A stretch of 64,000 bases of DNA from Opitutaceae bacterium (GCA_028822375.1 JAPKDW010000001.1:1843-65842); one strand, 5' to 3'. Shown: positions 9,772 through 19,948, counted from the first letter of the stretch. The notes: generated from the sequence alone by a model not told the origin. Translations and numbers: made by a program.

Positions 9772-10962
9772 CTAGGCTCTCAAGCCCAAAATCCCTTGTG
9801 CCCAGCCATTGGACAATACGTGCTTCCGCGGCTCCAATATCTGGGCGCTTTTCAAACTTTCCACCACGGATTCCGGAGCATTTCCTGAAAACCAATGAAA
9901 CCAATACGCCGCTAAATCGAGAGAACTCCGAGCTGCCAAAAGCGGCAGAAAACCATCGCAAATCAGCGTGTCCAATTTCGCGCCGCCAACCTGCCCGGAA
10001 ACGACCTCCTCCGAAAACCGATCCCTCAATCTTGATAATCCACAGGTTTTGCGAAAAATCGCGCAATCCCCGCCAAATCCATTCTCCAAAATCTCCGGGA
10101 AATTCCGCCCGAAATCCTCCAAATGGGAAGGCCAATACGGCACCTGACTCATCCACTCTACATACTGAATGAGACGCTGCTTCGGATAATTTGCCGGGCG
10201 AGCTCCCAAAGTAGTCCAACGGTCTCGACCCAGCTCCCAAAGCAGATCCACGTCCGGCCTCTCCTCTCGACAGCGAGCCAAAGGGTAAGCGCCGGCCACC
10301 CAAAGCATCGGAATACGGTTAGCGGCGTATCCCAAGATTTCTAGCGCCGTCATGTGGCACGCCTCCTCCCAACCGCAACGCTCAATCCTTTGACGCGAGA
10401 AATGAACCTTAAGCTCCCAACGCTTTAGCGCCTGGCTCCTCAAACGCTCCCGTCGCTCTTCAATTGGTAGCTCGAAAAGCGTTTCAATCGCCGCTTCGTT
10501 GCCCGAACGCGTGGATTCGACGATCGAATCGTCACTCGCATACGCCTCTAAGTCATACCAAAGCAAGGGCATCAAGGAGACACACGGAACCTCCAACCCA
10601 GAAAAAGTCAGAGTCGGCGGCGCATCCTTCGCCAACGGATGGTAAAGTACATGCAAGACCACTTTAGAATACGCGGGACTCGATTGATGCCCATGAGCAA
10701 CCCAATCCTTTTGGCCGAAATGAACTTCAACATCCCCCGCTACGCGCTGTCCATCGATTCTCAAAATCGCATTTTTGAAATCTGGCCCAGCAAGCCGATT
10801 CCAACGTCCCGGCGAAATCACCTCCACTCGCCGACCCCAATGGTCCTTTAGACGCGATCCATCGAATGCGCCTTGCAGCCACACTTTTTGGATAAGCAGC
10901 TCGCTCACTTGAAAAGGGCCGTATAGCCCCTGAAATTCCTCCACACCTAGGGTAACAGTCAT
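9772..10962 (-). CDS. DUF2851-family protein
   Basis: The N-terminal region (LIQKVWLQGAF ... GRWNRLAGPDFKNA ... GDVEVHF ... W..HGH) matches my recollection of DUF2851 proteins of Bacteroidota/Verrucomicrobiota. Confidence 0.7.
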   Translation of the reverse strand: MTVTLGVEEFQGLYGPFQVSELLIQKVWLQGAFDGSRLKDHWGRRVEVISPGRWNRLAGPDFKNAILRIDGQRVAGDVEVHFGQKDWVAHGHQSSPAYSKVVLHVLYHPLAKDAPPTLTFSGLEVPCVSLMPLLWYDLEAYASDDSIVESTRSGNEAAIETLFELPIEERRERLRSQALKRWELKVHFSRQRIERCGWEEACHMTALEILGYAANRIPMLWVAGAYPLARCREERPDVDLLWELGRDRWTTLGARPANYPKQRLIQYVEWMSQVPYWPSHLEDFGRNFPEILENGFGGDCAIFRKTCGLSRLRDRFSEEVVSGQVGGAKLDTLICDGFLPLLAARSSLDLAAYWFHWFSGNAPESVVESLKSAQILEPRKHVLSNGWAQGILGLRA

Positions 10963-11144
10963 AGTTGAGTCAGGGAAAAGCGTAGCCTAGCGCTAAATCC
11001 CGATAGCGGAAGCGTTTTCTTCAACGCTTCCCCATTGACCTCCGTTCCGACTCCTCAGATATAGAAGAAGAACGCGCAGAGAGGCCTCGCGATTCAGCTT
11101 CAATTACATCCTGACACTTTCACTCCACGCATCAAATTATCTCC

Positions 11145-11405
11145 ATGAGCAATCAAGAGGATCCAGAATGGGAAATCGTCGATTCCCTGCCAAAGAAACG
11201 CAAGCCATCGAGGCAAAATACACGGATACGAATTCCGAAGAAATTCATTATCGGAGCGGGAATCGGACTAGGACTTGTTATCCTTTTCCCTCCGGCAATG
11301 AGGCTTTTGTTAAACCTCATGCGCAACTTCATCGCCTACTGGTGGCTCCTCGTCGTGGTGATCGGCTACTGGTTTATCAAACGCCAACTCAGAAGAAGGC
11401 GCTAA
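11145..11405 (+). CDS. small hypothetical membrane protein (two predicted TM segments, basic C-terminus)
   Basis: ATG start with hydrophobic stretches IIGAGIGLGLVILF and YWWLLVVVIGYWF. No family recognised. An overlapping alternative frame exists. Confidence 0.35.
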   Translation: MSNQEDPEWEIVDSLPKKRKPSRQNTRIRIPKKFIIGAGIGLGLVILFPPAMRLLLNLMRNFIAYWWLLVVVIGYWFIKRQLRRRR

Positions 11406-11525
11406 GAAAAAGCGGGCGACCAGTTTTACCCAGCCATAAACTAGGCGCTCATTCGGGCAATTTCGAAAAATGAAGGCTTTAAGCATGGTCGCGAAACTTC
11501 GATGTCATTTATCAGTTAGAATCAG

Positions 11526-12542
11526 ATGTATAAGAAATTATTCGGAATTGTCCTCGTTGCTCACCTCCTAGTCCTCGGATATCTGGGATTACGTACTGAC
11601 GACTCGCCAAAACTCGACGAAAACGATGCATTCCAGTCCGAGTTCGCTTCGCCCCAGGGGCAAGCCGGGACCCCAACCCTCGAAGACGAAGACGACCTCC
11701 TCGAACTGGTAAAGCCTAAATTCGACAAACCCGTCGCCCTTGAATTCGACGTTTCTGCCCCAAACCAACTCCCCACTTCGATTCGTAGCGACGATCTACG
11801 TACAGGGCTTCTCGTGGAAATCCCCTCCGGCCGGGTCCTCTGGCAAAAAGACCGCGAAAAATCGGTCGGCATCGCCTCGATGACCAAAATGATGACCGCC
11901 CTGCTCGCGTTCGAAGACATCCGCATCCGCGACGAAATCGATTTCGAAACCCAAGTTCAAGTCACCAACGCAGCCTATCGCATCGGCGGCAGCCAAGTCT
12001 GGCTCGACCCTCGCGAAATCTTCTCTCTCGAAGAGCTGCTCATTTCCGTGATGGTCAAAAGCGCTAACGATTCCGCGTACCTATTGGGTGAATTCCTCGG
12101 TGGTGGAAGCATGAGCCAGTTCATCGTCCGCATGAACCAACGTGCCCAAGAACTGAAAATGGATTCGACGAAATTCTTCAACGCGCACGGACTCCCGGAA
12201 AAAACAACTGACAACACATCGAATTGCGAAGACCTGGTTCGACTCGCCAACGAATTGCTCCAATACGACCAAGCGATCGAATGGGCATCGATACCCAAAT
12301 ACTCCTTTCGAGCCAACGCCGACGAACCCACCTTGCTCGCCAACCACAACACGCTCATCAAGTCGACAATCGGGGTCGATGGTATGAAAACTGGATACAC
12401 GAAACACGCGGGCTTCTGCATCACCGCTACCTGCCTGCGCAGCGACCGACGCCTAATCGCCGTCACCACCGGATTCACCAGCAGCAAACGCAGAGACGAA
12501 TTCACCCGCGACCTCCTCGACTGGGGATATACGCTCCCTTAA
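11526..12542 (+). CDS. D-alanyl-D-alanine carboxypeptidase (peptidase S11, PBP5-like), membrane-anchored
   Basis: SxxK (ASMTKMMT), SxN (SANDSA) and KTG (KTGYT) motifs in the correct order. N-terminal TM segment. Confidence 0.88.
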   Translation: MYKKLFGIVLVAHLLVLGYLGLRTDDSPKLDENDAFQSEFASPQGQAGTPTLEDEDDLLELVKPKFDKPVALEFDVSAPNQLPTSIRSDDLRTGLLVEIPSGRVLWQKDREKSVGIASMTKMMTALLAFEDIRIRDEIDFETQVQVTNAAYRIGGSQVWLDPREIFSLEELLISVMVKSANDSAYLLGEFLGGGSMSQFIVRMNQRAQELKMDSTKFFNAHGLPEKTTDNTSNCEDLVRLANELLQYDQAIEWASIPKYSFRANADEPTLLANHNTLIKSTIGVDGMKTGYTKHAGFCITATCLRSDRRLIAVTTGFTSSKRRDEFTRDLLDWGYTLP

Positions 12543-12686
12543 GAGAGCGATGCAACTGCATATCGCGCGTTAGCAAAACTGAAAACCACCCCTACAATCC
12601 TCAACCCAATCATCATGCTACCGCGAAGCGGTATCTTGCAGCGACGCAGGAGCGTATCCTGTTGAAAAACCAATTCTACTTCGACC

Positions 12687-13280
12687 TCAATCCGGTAGCT
12701 CAGTCGCTAAGATATTGCGGATATCGATGCTCATTTCACGCTTAGGGTGAACCTGGATTCCAATTGGACCTTCAGGAATAATCGTCTCGGACTCGTAGGT
12801 CATGATCTCCTTGCCATTTAACCACGTTGTGTAACTCGAGCCGACGACCTCAATTTTCAACGTATTCCAACCTGTCAAATCAAGCGCGTCCTTAGCGGTC
12901 TCGACTTGAATAGGATAGCCCTTCTGAGCGGGAATGTAAGGCAATGCGGTCATGTCTCGCTTCAAACTTCCGGATTCACCTATTTGTATTTGCTCTTTGG
13001 AGTCACGCAAAAAGATCCCCGAATCGATACGACCTTCGCCAAACTTGAAGTCCATTTGAACGATAAAATTCCGATAGGATTTTTCCGTTACGATAATATC
13101 CCCTTTCTGCTCCGGGTCATTCTTCGCATGCAGAATTCCATCCGAAACAGTCCAGCACGCCTCCAGCTCGGTTTTCCACCCAGTCAGGTCCTTGCCATTG
13201 AAAATCGGCGTAAGTTCCGGCCCGCTCGAGCAGGCAGTTAAAAGGAGGGCTAAGAGAAATAACGAAACGACTGATTTCAT
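12687..13280 (-). CDS. DUF1080 (3-keto-disaccharide hydrolase-like) lipoprotein
   Basis: FNGKDLTGWK start of the DUF1080 fold. Lipobox LLLTAC after MKSVVSLF. Internal ATG at 13280 preferred over the ORF-track start. Confidence 0.8.
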   Translation of the reverse strand: MKSVVSLFLLALLLTACSSGPELTPIFNGKDLTGWKTELEACWTVSDGILHAKNDPEQKGDIIVTEKSYRNFIVQMDFKFGEGRIDSGIFLRDSKEQIQIGESGSLKRDMTALPYIPAQKGYPIQVETAKDALDLTGWNTLKIEVVGSSYTTWLNGKEIMTYESETIIPEGPIGIQVHPKREMSIDIRNILATELPD

Positions 13281-13584
13281 AATAAGAAAGGGTTGAGAGA
13301 AACATTCAAAACACAATTATCACAACAATAGCCACACGCTTCGAGAACATTCTCAAAGCCCTCAAGCTTCGAGCATTGGAAAACCACAAAAGAAAACCTA
13401 TTTCTCGCAACGCTAAAACCTATTGGTTCCGCGCAGCGGGGACACAAGGTCTCCGCTCAGCGAGACCGTTGATAAAACTCCTCAACCAAATCAATTTTGG
13501 TCCACGCTCTCTATGTTCGCTTGTTGTTTCTTCGAACCGAATAGGTGTCCCTACGGGACAATATGTTTATCATCAATCTGTTCC

Positions 13585-14454
13585 CTACGCCATCAGGGCC
13601 TCGAGGCGCTTACCGTACTCTACGTAGACTCGATAACATTCGTCCCAGTTGATCACTTCACCTGGTTTGGCGTGGAAAACCGTCGCTACGTGCGGTTCGA
13701 TTGCAACCCAACCGTCGTATCCATTATCGAATGCATCGGTCAGAATTTCCTTAACGCGAGCGAGACCATCCCCTGGCATCGTGTACTCAGGCTCTACATC
13801 GTCGCTTATCGGATTCTGACAATCCTTCACGTGAATGTGAATCACATGCTCGCGCACTGCTTTCCAGAATTCGAACGCATCTTGCCACGGAAAGGTTCCA
13901 TCGGCCTGGGGTTTAGAACGATCGCGCTGAAAAACAGGGTTTCCCGTATCGAAGACCAATTTCAATCCCGGCACTTCCTCGACGAGGCGCAAGCTGTGCT
14001 CAGCCGAAAAGCCTCCCCAGTTCATACAATTCTCGTGAACTGTCGTGAGTCCTGCATCCGCGAAACGCTTGACTATTTCACGAAGACGGCGAAACCGTTC
14101 AGCTTCGTTCTGATCTTCGCCCCAGGGATTTTGAGCATAGGACATGACACGAACCATCTTCGTACCCAATCGTTGCATACGAGGTATGCAGCGTTCGATT
14201 TCGCCCAGAGCAATTCCAAAATCCGAATCGATCGTTTTCCCCCAATTCGCGATAAGCGAACCGAGTTCAGGAATCACAATCCCGGCTTCGTCCAATTGAT
14301 CAGCCGCCTTTTCGAAATCCGCTTCCGGCATCTCATGAATATTGCGATCGCCAATCATGCGAGCCGAGATGGCGGTCCAGCCAAGTTCTTTCGTCGCTTT
14401 AATCTGCGTTTCTAAATCGCGTGATGCCTCGTCGGCAAATCCAGTCAGTTTCAT
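13585..14454 (-). CDS. sugar phosphate isomerase/epimerase (xylose isomerase-like TIM barrel)
   Basis: Typical family layout (MKLTGFADEAS ... VHIHVKD ... WVAIEP). Start set at the ATG at 14454. Confidence 0.8.
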   Translation of the reverse strand: MKLTGFADEASRDLETQIKATKELGWTAISARMIGDRNIHEMPEADFEKAADQLDEAGIVIPELGSLIANWGKTIDSDFGIALGEIERCIPRMQRLGTKMVRVMSYAQNPWGEDQNEAERFRRLREIVKRFADAGLTTVHENCMNWGGFSAEHSLRLVEEVPGLKLVFDTGNPVFQRDRSKPQADGTFPWQDAFEFWKAVREHVIHIHVKDCQNPISDDVEPEYTMPGDGLARVKEILTDAFDNGYDGWVAIEPHVATVFHAKPGEVINWDECYRVYVEYGKRLEALMA

Positions 14455-14571
14455 AGTATCGTTCGGTATAGGGGTAAACGTGTAGACAATGGCTGTGTCG
14501 CAAATCCTCAATCGGATCAAGCCAAAGGTGAAATCCGTTTATCGTTAGGAGCGCATTTTTAAACTTCGCCC

Positions 14572-14648
14572 GGTAGGGCCTGCCTGTCCCCAAGCAGCCG
14601 CGCTCAGGCATAATCATTCAACGGTTCGTTGGGACGACAAACCCTACC
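14572..14648. repeat. palindromic intergenic element, family A copy 1
   Basis: ggtagggcctgcctgtccccaagcagccg ... ataatcattca ... gttgggacgacaaaccctacc. The arms are imperfect reverse complements. Confidence 0.8.
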
Positions 14649-14803
14649 ATTTTGCAAAATGCGAATCAAGAAGCCCATTAATTGCTCATCCAACCCACCC
14701 CTTCGTTGCGTCTTTACGGCTTCGCGTGAAAGAAATTTCCTCCGATCGTTTCCCGACCTTAAAGAATTGAACCTCAGAGTTAATCTTACATCATCAATTG
14801 CTT

Positions 14804-16297
14804 ATGATTTTCAAAACCTTCGTTTTCTCCAGTCTACTCTTCGCGTCAACACTAACCACCCTCCACGCCGAGGACCGCCCCAACATCGTTTGGCTGATGG
14901 CCGAGGACATTGGCCAGGACTTAGCCTGCTACGGTATGAAAGGCCTCCAAACCCCAACTCTCGATCGACTCGCTTCAGAAGGCCGCAAGTACAACAACGC
15001 CATCTGCGCCAATCCGATCTGCTCTCCCAATCGCTCTGCTATGATGGTTGGCGTCAATCCGACCATCATCAATGCCCACATGCACCGCAGCAACCGCGAC
15101 CAACCCCTGCCTGCTCCCTACAAGCCAATCACCTCCTACTTGCGCGATGCTGGCTACACGACCCTAATCGGGCACGATCTGGTTTTCGAAAAAGGCCGCA
15201 AAATCGACTGCAATTTCAAAACCACGACCACCGGAAGCTACGATGGCGTTAGTTCATTTGGCATATTCGACGACGCTCGCTCATTCGAAAAAGGCGACGG
15301 CCCCTTTTTTGCCCAAATCCAACTCAAAGCAACTCACCGTGGCGATTGGTGGAATGGCGTGCGCAAAGCTTCCAAAGACCCCGTTTCAGTTAACGAGATC
15401 GAACTGCCTCCCTACATCGCCGACACACCCAAAACGCGCCTCGACTGGGCTACCTACCTCGACACGGTAGAGTTCATCGACAACGAAGTCGCTCTGCTGA
15501 TCGACGACCTTAAAGAAAAGGAGTTACTCGACAATACCCTCATCATTTTCATCGGTGACAACGGCCGCTGTAACCTACGCGGCAAAGGTTATCTCCACGA
15601 ACCCGGCGTCCGCGTTCCTATGATCCTCTGGGGGCCCGATCACCTCGTAAAAAAAGCGGAAATCAACGACATGGTGAGCGTTCTCGATATATCCGCGACA
15701 ATCGTTCACCTCGCAGGAGTCGAACTCCCCGACTACATGGACGCGCGTCCGTTGATTGGAATCAACAAACCAATGTCACGCGAATACGTCTACTCCGCCC
15801 GCGATGCTTGGGACGAAGTCAACGAATGCATGCGTTCGATTTCGACTCCACGATTCTCATACATTCGCAACTACATGTCCGAGCTGCCCTATGACCAAGG
15901 CCAAGCCTATTTGGATTTTCATCGCCCGGCTCTTCACGAAATGCGACGCCTGAAAGCTGAAGGAAACCTGAAAGGCAACGCCGCCCTATTCCTCGCGGAA
16001 AGCAAAGATCCCGAAGAACTCTACGACCTGGAAAACGATCCGCATCAACTCGTCAACTTGGCAGGAAATCCTGAATACACCGATACGCTCGCTAAAATGC
16101 GCGGACAACTCGCCGAATGGCAATTTAATCACGACGATCTTGGTCTGAAAGACTATCGAACGCGCACCACCGAAATAAGCCTAGCCGGCAACATCAAAAA
16201 ATGGCTCGAAGCAAACCGACCCGAAGAATGGCAACGCATCCTCGACGGCGAAATCGGCGATAGCTACAAAGCCTGGGGCGCCCAAGCGAGGAAGTAA
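14804..16297 (+). CDS. sulfatase (formylglycine-dependent, Cys-type), secreted
   Basis: Signal peptide, RPNIVWLMAEDIG and the CSPNRSAMMVG (C-x-P-x-R) motif. ATG at 14804 preferred over the TTG at 14798. Confidence 0.9.
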   Translation: MIFKTFVFSSLLFASTLTTLHAEDRPNIVWLMAEDIGQDLACYGMKGLQTPTLDRLASEGRKYNNAICANPICSPNRSAMMVGVNPTIINAHMHRSNRDQPLPAPYKPITSYLRDAGYTTLIGHDLVFEKGRKIDCNFKTTTTGSYDGVSSFGIFDDARSFEKGDGPFFAQIQLKATHRGDWWNGVRKASKDPVSVNEIELPPYIADTPKTRLDWATYLDTVEFIDNEVALLIDDLKEKELLDNTLIIFIGDNGRCNLRGKGYLHEPGVRVPMILWGPDHLVKKAEINDMVSVLDISATIVHLAGVELPDYMDARPLIGINKPMSREYVYSARDAWDEVNECMRSISTPRFSYIRNYMSELPYDQGQAYLDFHRPALHEMRRLKAEGNLKGNAALFLAESKDPEELYDLENDPHQLVNLAGNPEYTDTLAKMRGQLAEWQFNHDDLGLKDYRTRTTEISLAGNIKKWLEANRPEEWQRILDGEIGDSYKAWGAQARK

Positions 16298-16482
16298 ATT
16301 CAGTCATCGTTTCACTAGGATGCCTCCGCTGAGCAGAGGCAAATAAAGATGGCTCCTTTGTCGCCAAGAAAGGTTTTGAATTAAAACAAAAAAACTTCTT
16401 TCCCGACTTTCCGGGAAACCTTATTGGTTTGCGCAGCAAAACTCCTAGCCCGAAGGCCGATGACTATTAAGTGATTCAAAGA

Positions 16483-16566
16483 TAGGGCTGATTACCCCAA
16501 GCAGCCGCATCAAAAGAGGTCATCAGCGCTGCGCTTTGCAGCTGTTTAGGGACAAACAGCCCTACC
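16483..16566. repeat. palindromic intergenic element, family A copy 2
   Basis: tagggctgattaccccaagcagccgc ... gcagctgtttagggacaaacagccctacc, between convergent genes. Confidence 0.8.
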
Positions 16567-16568
16567 GC

Positions 16569-17252
16569 TTATCGATCAACAGCCCGAATCGCCTTGACTA
16601 CTTCCACAGCCAATGCCTCGTAGCCTGTTTCCGTAAAATGTACGTTGTCAGGTCTCTGCAAGGCCTCCATTTGCGGAGCAACCAAAACATGGAGATCGTT
16701 CACCGAGATGCCTTCCTTTTTCATTATCGCCAGTGCCGCTCGATTATATTTTTTAGGCATACCTGGCGAGCGGAGCGGCTTTCTGACTGTATCCGGATAA
16801 GGAGTGGTAGTCGCGAAGACTAACTTAGCGCCAGATGCCTTTAGCCGTTCGACGATCTCAGCCAAGTTCTTTCGATACTGCTTTACATCCGCCTGTTGCG
16901 GGTCATTGGGATCGTTACTATTCTTTCCCGTATCCGGTTTCACATGCTTGATGTCATGCAGGCCAAAGTTGAAGTGAATAATATCCCAGCGTTCTTCACC
17001 GATCCACTTGTCGATATACCGTTTCCCATTGGTGGTCCCCTGACAGTTCTCAGGCTCGCCATTCGCATCGAAAGGCCGTGTCACCATCGCTTCTCCTTTC
17101 ATCATCTCCTGAACGAAGGGCAAATAGCCGATCGAAATTGAATCCCCGATTATCAGTACCTTAGGCATTTCGTTCGAAGCTTCCATCATTACGACTCCCG
17201 CTAGTAACGCGAAACCCGCGACCGACATTTTCAATCTGAATATACATTTCAT
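16569..17252 (-). CDS. SGNH/GDSL hydrolase (esterase), secreted
   Basis: Block I LIIGDSISIGY and block V DNVHFTETGY. N-terminal signal sequence. Confidence 0.85.
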   Translation of the reverse strand: MKCIFRLKMSVAGFALLAGVVMMEASNEMPKVLIIGDSISIGYLPFVQEMMKGEAMVTRPFDANGEPENCQGTTNGKRYIDKWIGEERWDIIHFNFGLHDIKHVKPDTGKNSNDPNDPQQADVKQYRKNLAEIVERLKASGAKLVFATTTPYPDTVRKPLRSPGMPKKYNRAALAIMKKEGISVNDLHVLVAPQMEALQRPDNVHFTETGYEALAVEVVKAIRAVDR

Positions 17253-17386
17253 TCACTTTATTCTAAAAAACTCAGTTTACCCACGAATCACTCGAATTAG
17301 CCCGAATCGATACACTATTTAGGGTCGAATATTATTAATAAATCCTAGATTTGCGATATTGCTACGCCATCTACGCTTCGCTTCGT

Positions 17387-17409
17387 CTTGGGGAGCCCAA
17401 CAGCCTTAC
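17387..17409. repeat. solo arm of the family A element (reverse orientation)
   Basis: cttggggagcccaacagccttac is the reverse complement of the left-arm consensus gtaGGGCTG..tCCCCAAG. It abuts the GMC oxidoreductase stop. Confidence 0.4.
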
Positions 17410-17410
17410 T

Positions 17411-19123
17411 CTACACATTGCCCTTGCGCATTTCCTTTACGGCGTGATTTGCCGCTCTCGCAGTCAAGGCCATGTAAGTGAGCGATGGGTTTTGCGTAGA
17501 GGTTGACGTCATGCACGCGCCATCTGTAACGAAAACGTTCTTACAGGCATGCAACTGATTCCACTTGTTGAGCAATGACGTCTTCGGATCCTTGCCCATA
17601 CGGATTCCGCCCATCTCATGAATATCGAGACCGGGAGCTTGTTTCGCATGGGTCTTCTTTATATTCTTAAATCCTGCCGCTTCGAACATCGCCTCCAGCT
17701 GCTCCAATGAATCGGCTTCCATTTTTCGATCGTTCTCATCGTAAGCGATATCAATCTTAAGCAACGGCATTCCCCAAGCATCCGTTCGCTCAGAGTCTAG
17801 GCTCACAGAATTGCTTTCCTTCGGAATGGTCTCGCCCATCATGTAAGCGCTAACGCTCCATCCTCCCAATTTGGGATTCAATAGGCTCTCCTTCAGTTCC
17901 TCGCCAGTTCCCGATTTATCGCTCCACGTTCCTCGGTTAGCGGAAAACCCAGTGGCATAACCTCTCAAGAAATCCGTTTCCTGTTTGAACACATTTCGGA
18001 AACGCGGAATGTAGGTCGAACCAGGGCGACTACCGAAAACTGCGAATTCCTCTAACCCATCGAACTTCGCCCTAATCTTCGTGTTGTAATTATGGAACGC
18101 GGCAAACTTACCCATCAGTCCATTGTCATTGCCTAGACCATTCGGGAAGCGACTCGATTTCGAGTTCAACAGAATTAAATTCGAATTATAGGCCGAAGCA
18201 TTAACGAAAACGATCTTGGCGTAGTACTCGACCGATTTCTTTGTATTCGAATCTATAACACGCACTCCCGTCGCTTTCCCCTGCTTCTCGTCAAAGATGA
18301 GAGAGTGCACCACGGAATCAGGTCGCAGAGTTAGGTTCCCGGTTTTCTCCGCCCATGGTAATGTAGAGCTATTGCTGCTGAAGTAACCTCCGAATGGGCA
18401 GCCCCGCCGACAGAGTTTTCGGCTCATGCACTGCGAACGGCCTTGCTTAATTTGCTCCGGTCCTGCCTTCGAAAGATTCGCGTAACGGGAAGCGATCAGG
18501 TGACGCCCCTCGAACTTTTCCGCCAACGTTTCCTTAAAATGATCCTCGAGAGCGTTGAGCGGATACGGTGGTAAGAATTCGCCGTCCGGCAATTCCGCCA
18601 AACCATCCCGATTACCCGAGATGCCTGCAAATTTCTCCACGTGACTGTACCAAGGCTCGATGTCCTTGTAACGGATCGGCCAATCGACCGCATATCCATC
18701 GCGAGCCGGACCGTCGAAATCGTATTCGCTCCAGCGTTGCGTCTGCCGCGCCCAGATCAACGACTTCCCCCCGACCTGATACCCACGTATCCAATCGAAC
18801 GGTTTTTCCTGCACGTACGGGTGCTCGGCATCCTTCACGAAAAAGTGATCCGAATCTTCCTGCCACGCTTCTGCTCGACTTAAGATCGGATTAGCTTCGC
18901 GAGCCTTCCGAGCAATCTCGTTTCGATGCTCGAATTCGTAAGGCATCTTATTCGTTGTGGGATAGTCGACAATATGCTTCACGTCGCGCCCACGCTCCAA
19001 AACCAAAGTCTTCAGCCCTTTTTCGGTCAGCTCCTTCGCTGCCCAACCTCCGCTGATACCGGACCCGATGACAATCGCGTCGTAGCTGCGCTTTTTTACG
19101 CTGTCTATATTCGTATTAGCCAT
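17411..19123 (-). CDS. GMC-family FAD oxidoreductase (gluconate 2-dehydrogenase / glycoside 3-dehydrogenase-like large subunit)
   Basis: N-terminal FAD fold YDAIVIGSGISGGWAAKELTEKGLKTLVLERG. C-terminal GMC region (HEMGGIRMG ... NVFVTDGA). No signal peptide of its own. Confidence 0.88.
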   Translation of the reverse strand: MANTNIDSVKKRSYDAIVIGSGISGGWAAKELTEKGLKTLVLERGRDVKHIVDYPTTNKMPYEFEHRNEIARKAREANPILSRAEAWQEDSDHFFVKDAEHPYVQEKPFDWIRGYQVGGKSLIWARQTQRWSEYDFDGPARDGYAVDWPIRYKDIEPWYSHVEKFAGISGNRDGLAELPDGEFLPPYPLNALEDHFKETLAEKFEGRHLIASRYANLSKAGPEQIKQGRSQCMSRKLCRRGCPFGGYFSSNSSTLPWAEKTGNLTLRPDSVVHSLIFDEKQGKATGVRVIDSNTKKSVEYYAKIVFVNASAYNSNLILLNSKSSRFPNGLGNDNGLMGKFAAFHNYNTKIRAKFDGLEEFAVFGSRPGSTYIPRFRNVFKQETDFLRGYATGFSANRGTWSDKSGTGEELKESLLNPKLGGWSVSAYMMGETIPKESNSVSLDSERTDAWGMPLLKIDIAYDENDRKMEADSLEQLEAMFEAAGFKNIKKTHAKQAPGLDIHEMGGIRMGKDPKTSLLNKWNQLHACKNVFVTDGACMTSTSTQNPSLTYMALTARAANHAVKEMRKGNV

Positions 19124-19128
19124 CTCTA

Positions 19129-19665
19129 TTAGCTTTTGAAGTTACTCGCAGGATAGTACCCGTCATAAGGATCCGGAATCATCTTATGCGGCAGCAAGTC
19201 AGTCATCACGTATTGGGAAACCAAATATCCTTGAATCGCTCGATTTTTCACGAGCGTATTGAATGCTGCCAATTCAGTCGAAACCTCCTTCTTGCGATTG
19301 AGACTTTCAAGCAGCTTTTTCCGCTGAGAGGGCTTACAGGCGACGAACCTATTTCCAAATTGCTTTTTCGCCAGATCGTCCACCGAAGCCAAGCCACTCA
19401 CGAGTAGTTTCTGGTCTTTCGCTCCATGGCAGTCGTCAACCATCTTCAAGACGAATAGGTGGACCTTTAATTCTTGGGCGCCCGGCGTATCCGTCGCCGG
19501 AATCAGCGTCTCTACAATCTCCGCCAAGAAAGCCTCTTGATCGGCATCGATATTCAGAGCATCCAAGCTAATAGACGCGCCATTCGCTCCTCGCAATGAT
19601 GCCGGTAGCAAAACCGCCCCACTGGCGATTAGAAGCATGTTTCGCAACGCTGACCTTCTTTCCAT
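19129..19665 (-). CDS. gluconate 2-dehydrogenase subunit 3-family protein (small subunit with Tat-type signal)
   Basis: MERRSALRNMLLIASGAVLL twin-arginine-like leader. 178 aa, 5 nt upstream of the GMC gene. This is the usual pairing for this family. Confidence 0.75.
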   Translation of the reverse strand: MERRSALRNMLLIASGAVLLPASLRGANGASISLDALNIDADQEAFLAEIVETLIPATDTPGAQELKVHLFVLKMVDDCHGAKDQKLLVSGLASVDDLAKKQFGNRFVACKPSQRKKLLESLNRKKEVSTELAAFNTLVKNRAIQGYLVSQYVMTDLLPHKMIPDPYDGYYPASNFKS

Positions 19666-19844
19666 AACTCAAAAAATACCCAAATAACCCCAGGAGAGTC
19701 GAGCCAATCATCATGCGAATTTTGCTTGGGATTCCGAACGAAGCGTCGATTCTGGGACGACCGCGATTCTTAAGCGTCCTACATGCGAATTCCCTATCGT
19801 AGGACCGGAGCTCTTGACGTGGCGCTGCCTTGGCGAAGAAAGCG

Positions 19845-19922
19845 GGTAGGGCTGCTTGTCCCCCAAGCAGCCGTGGAAGTCGCATTGACCGATTCGGTTG
19901 CCAAGGGACTGGCAACCCTACC
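19845..19922. repeat. palindromic intergenic element, family A copy 3
   Basis: ggtagggctgcttgtcccccaagcagccg ... ggttgccaagggactggcaaccctacc. Confidence 0.8.
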
Positions 19923-19948
19923 ATTCGGCAGAAATAAACGCACCCACT

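Noticed and set aside
9713-10303. 196-aa minus-strand ORF overlapping the 3-prime half of the DUF2851 gene in another frame and running into the nusA leader.
   Set aside because: It is Gly/Arg-rich and low-complexity, with no recognisable family. It is largely contained in a gene whose frame shows family-typical motifs, and its tail would span the terminator hairpin.
13423-14415. 330-aa plus-strand ORF.
   Set aside because: It is antisense to the TIM-barrel isomerase gene. Its N-terminal part lies in the intergenic gap upstream of that gene, and it has no motifs.
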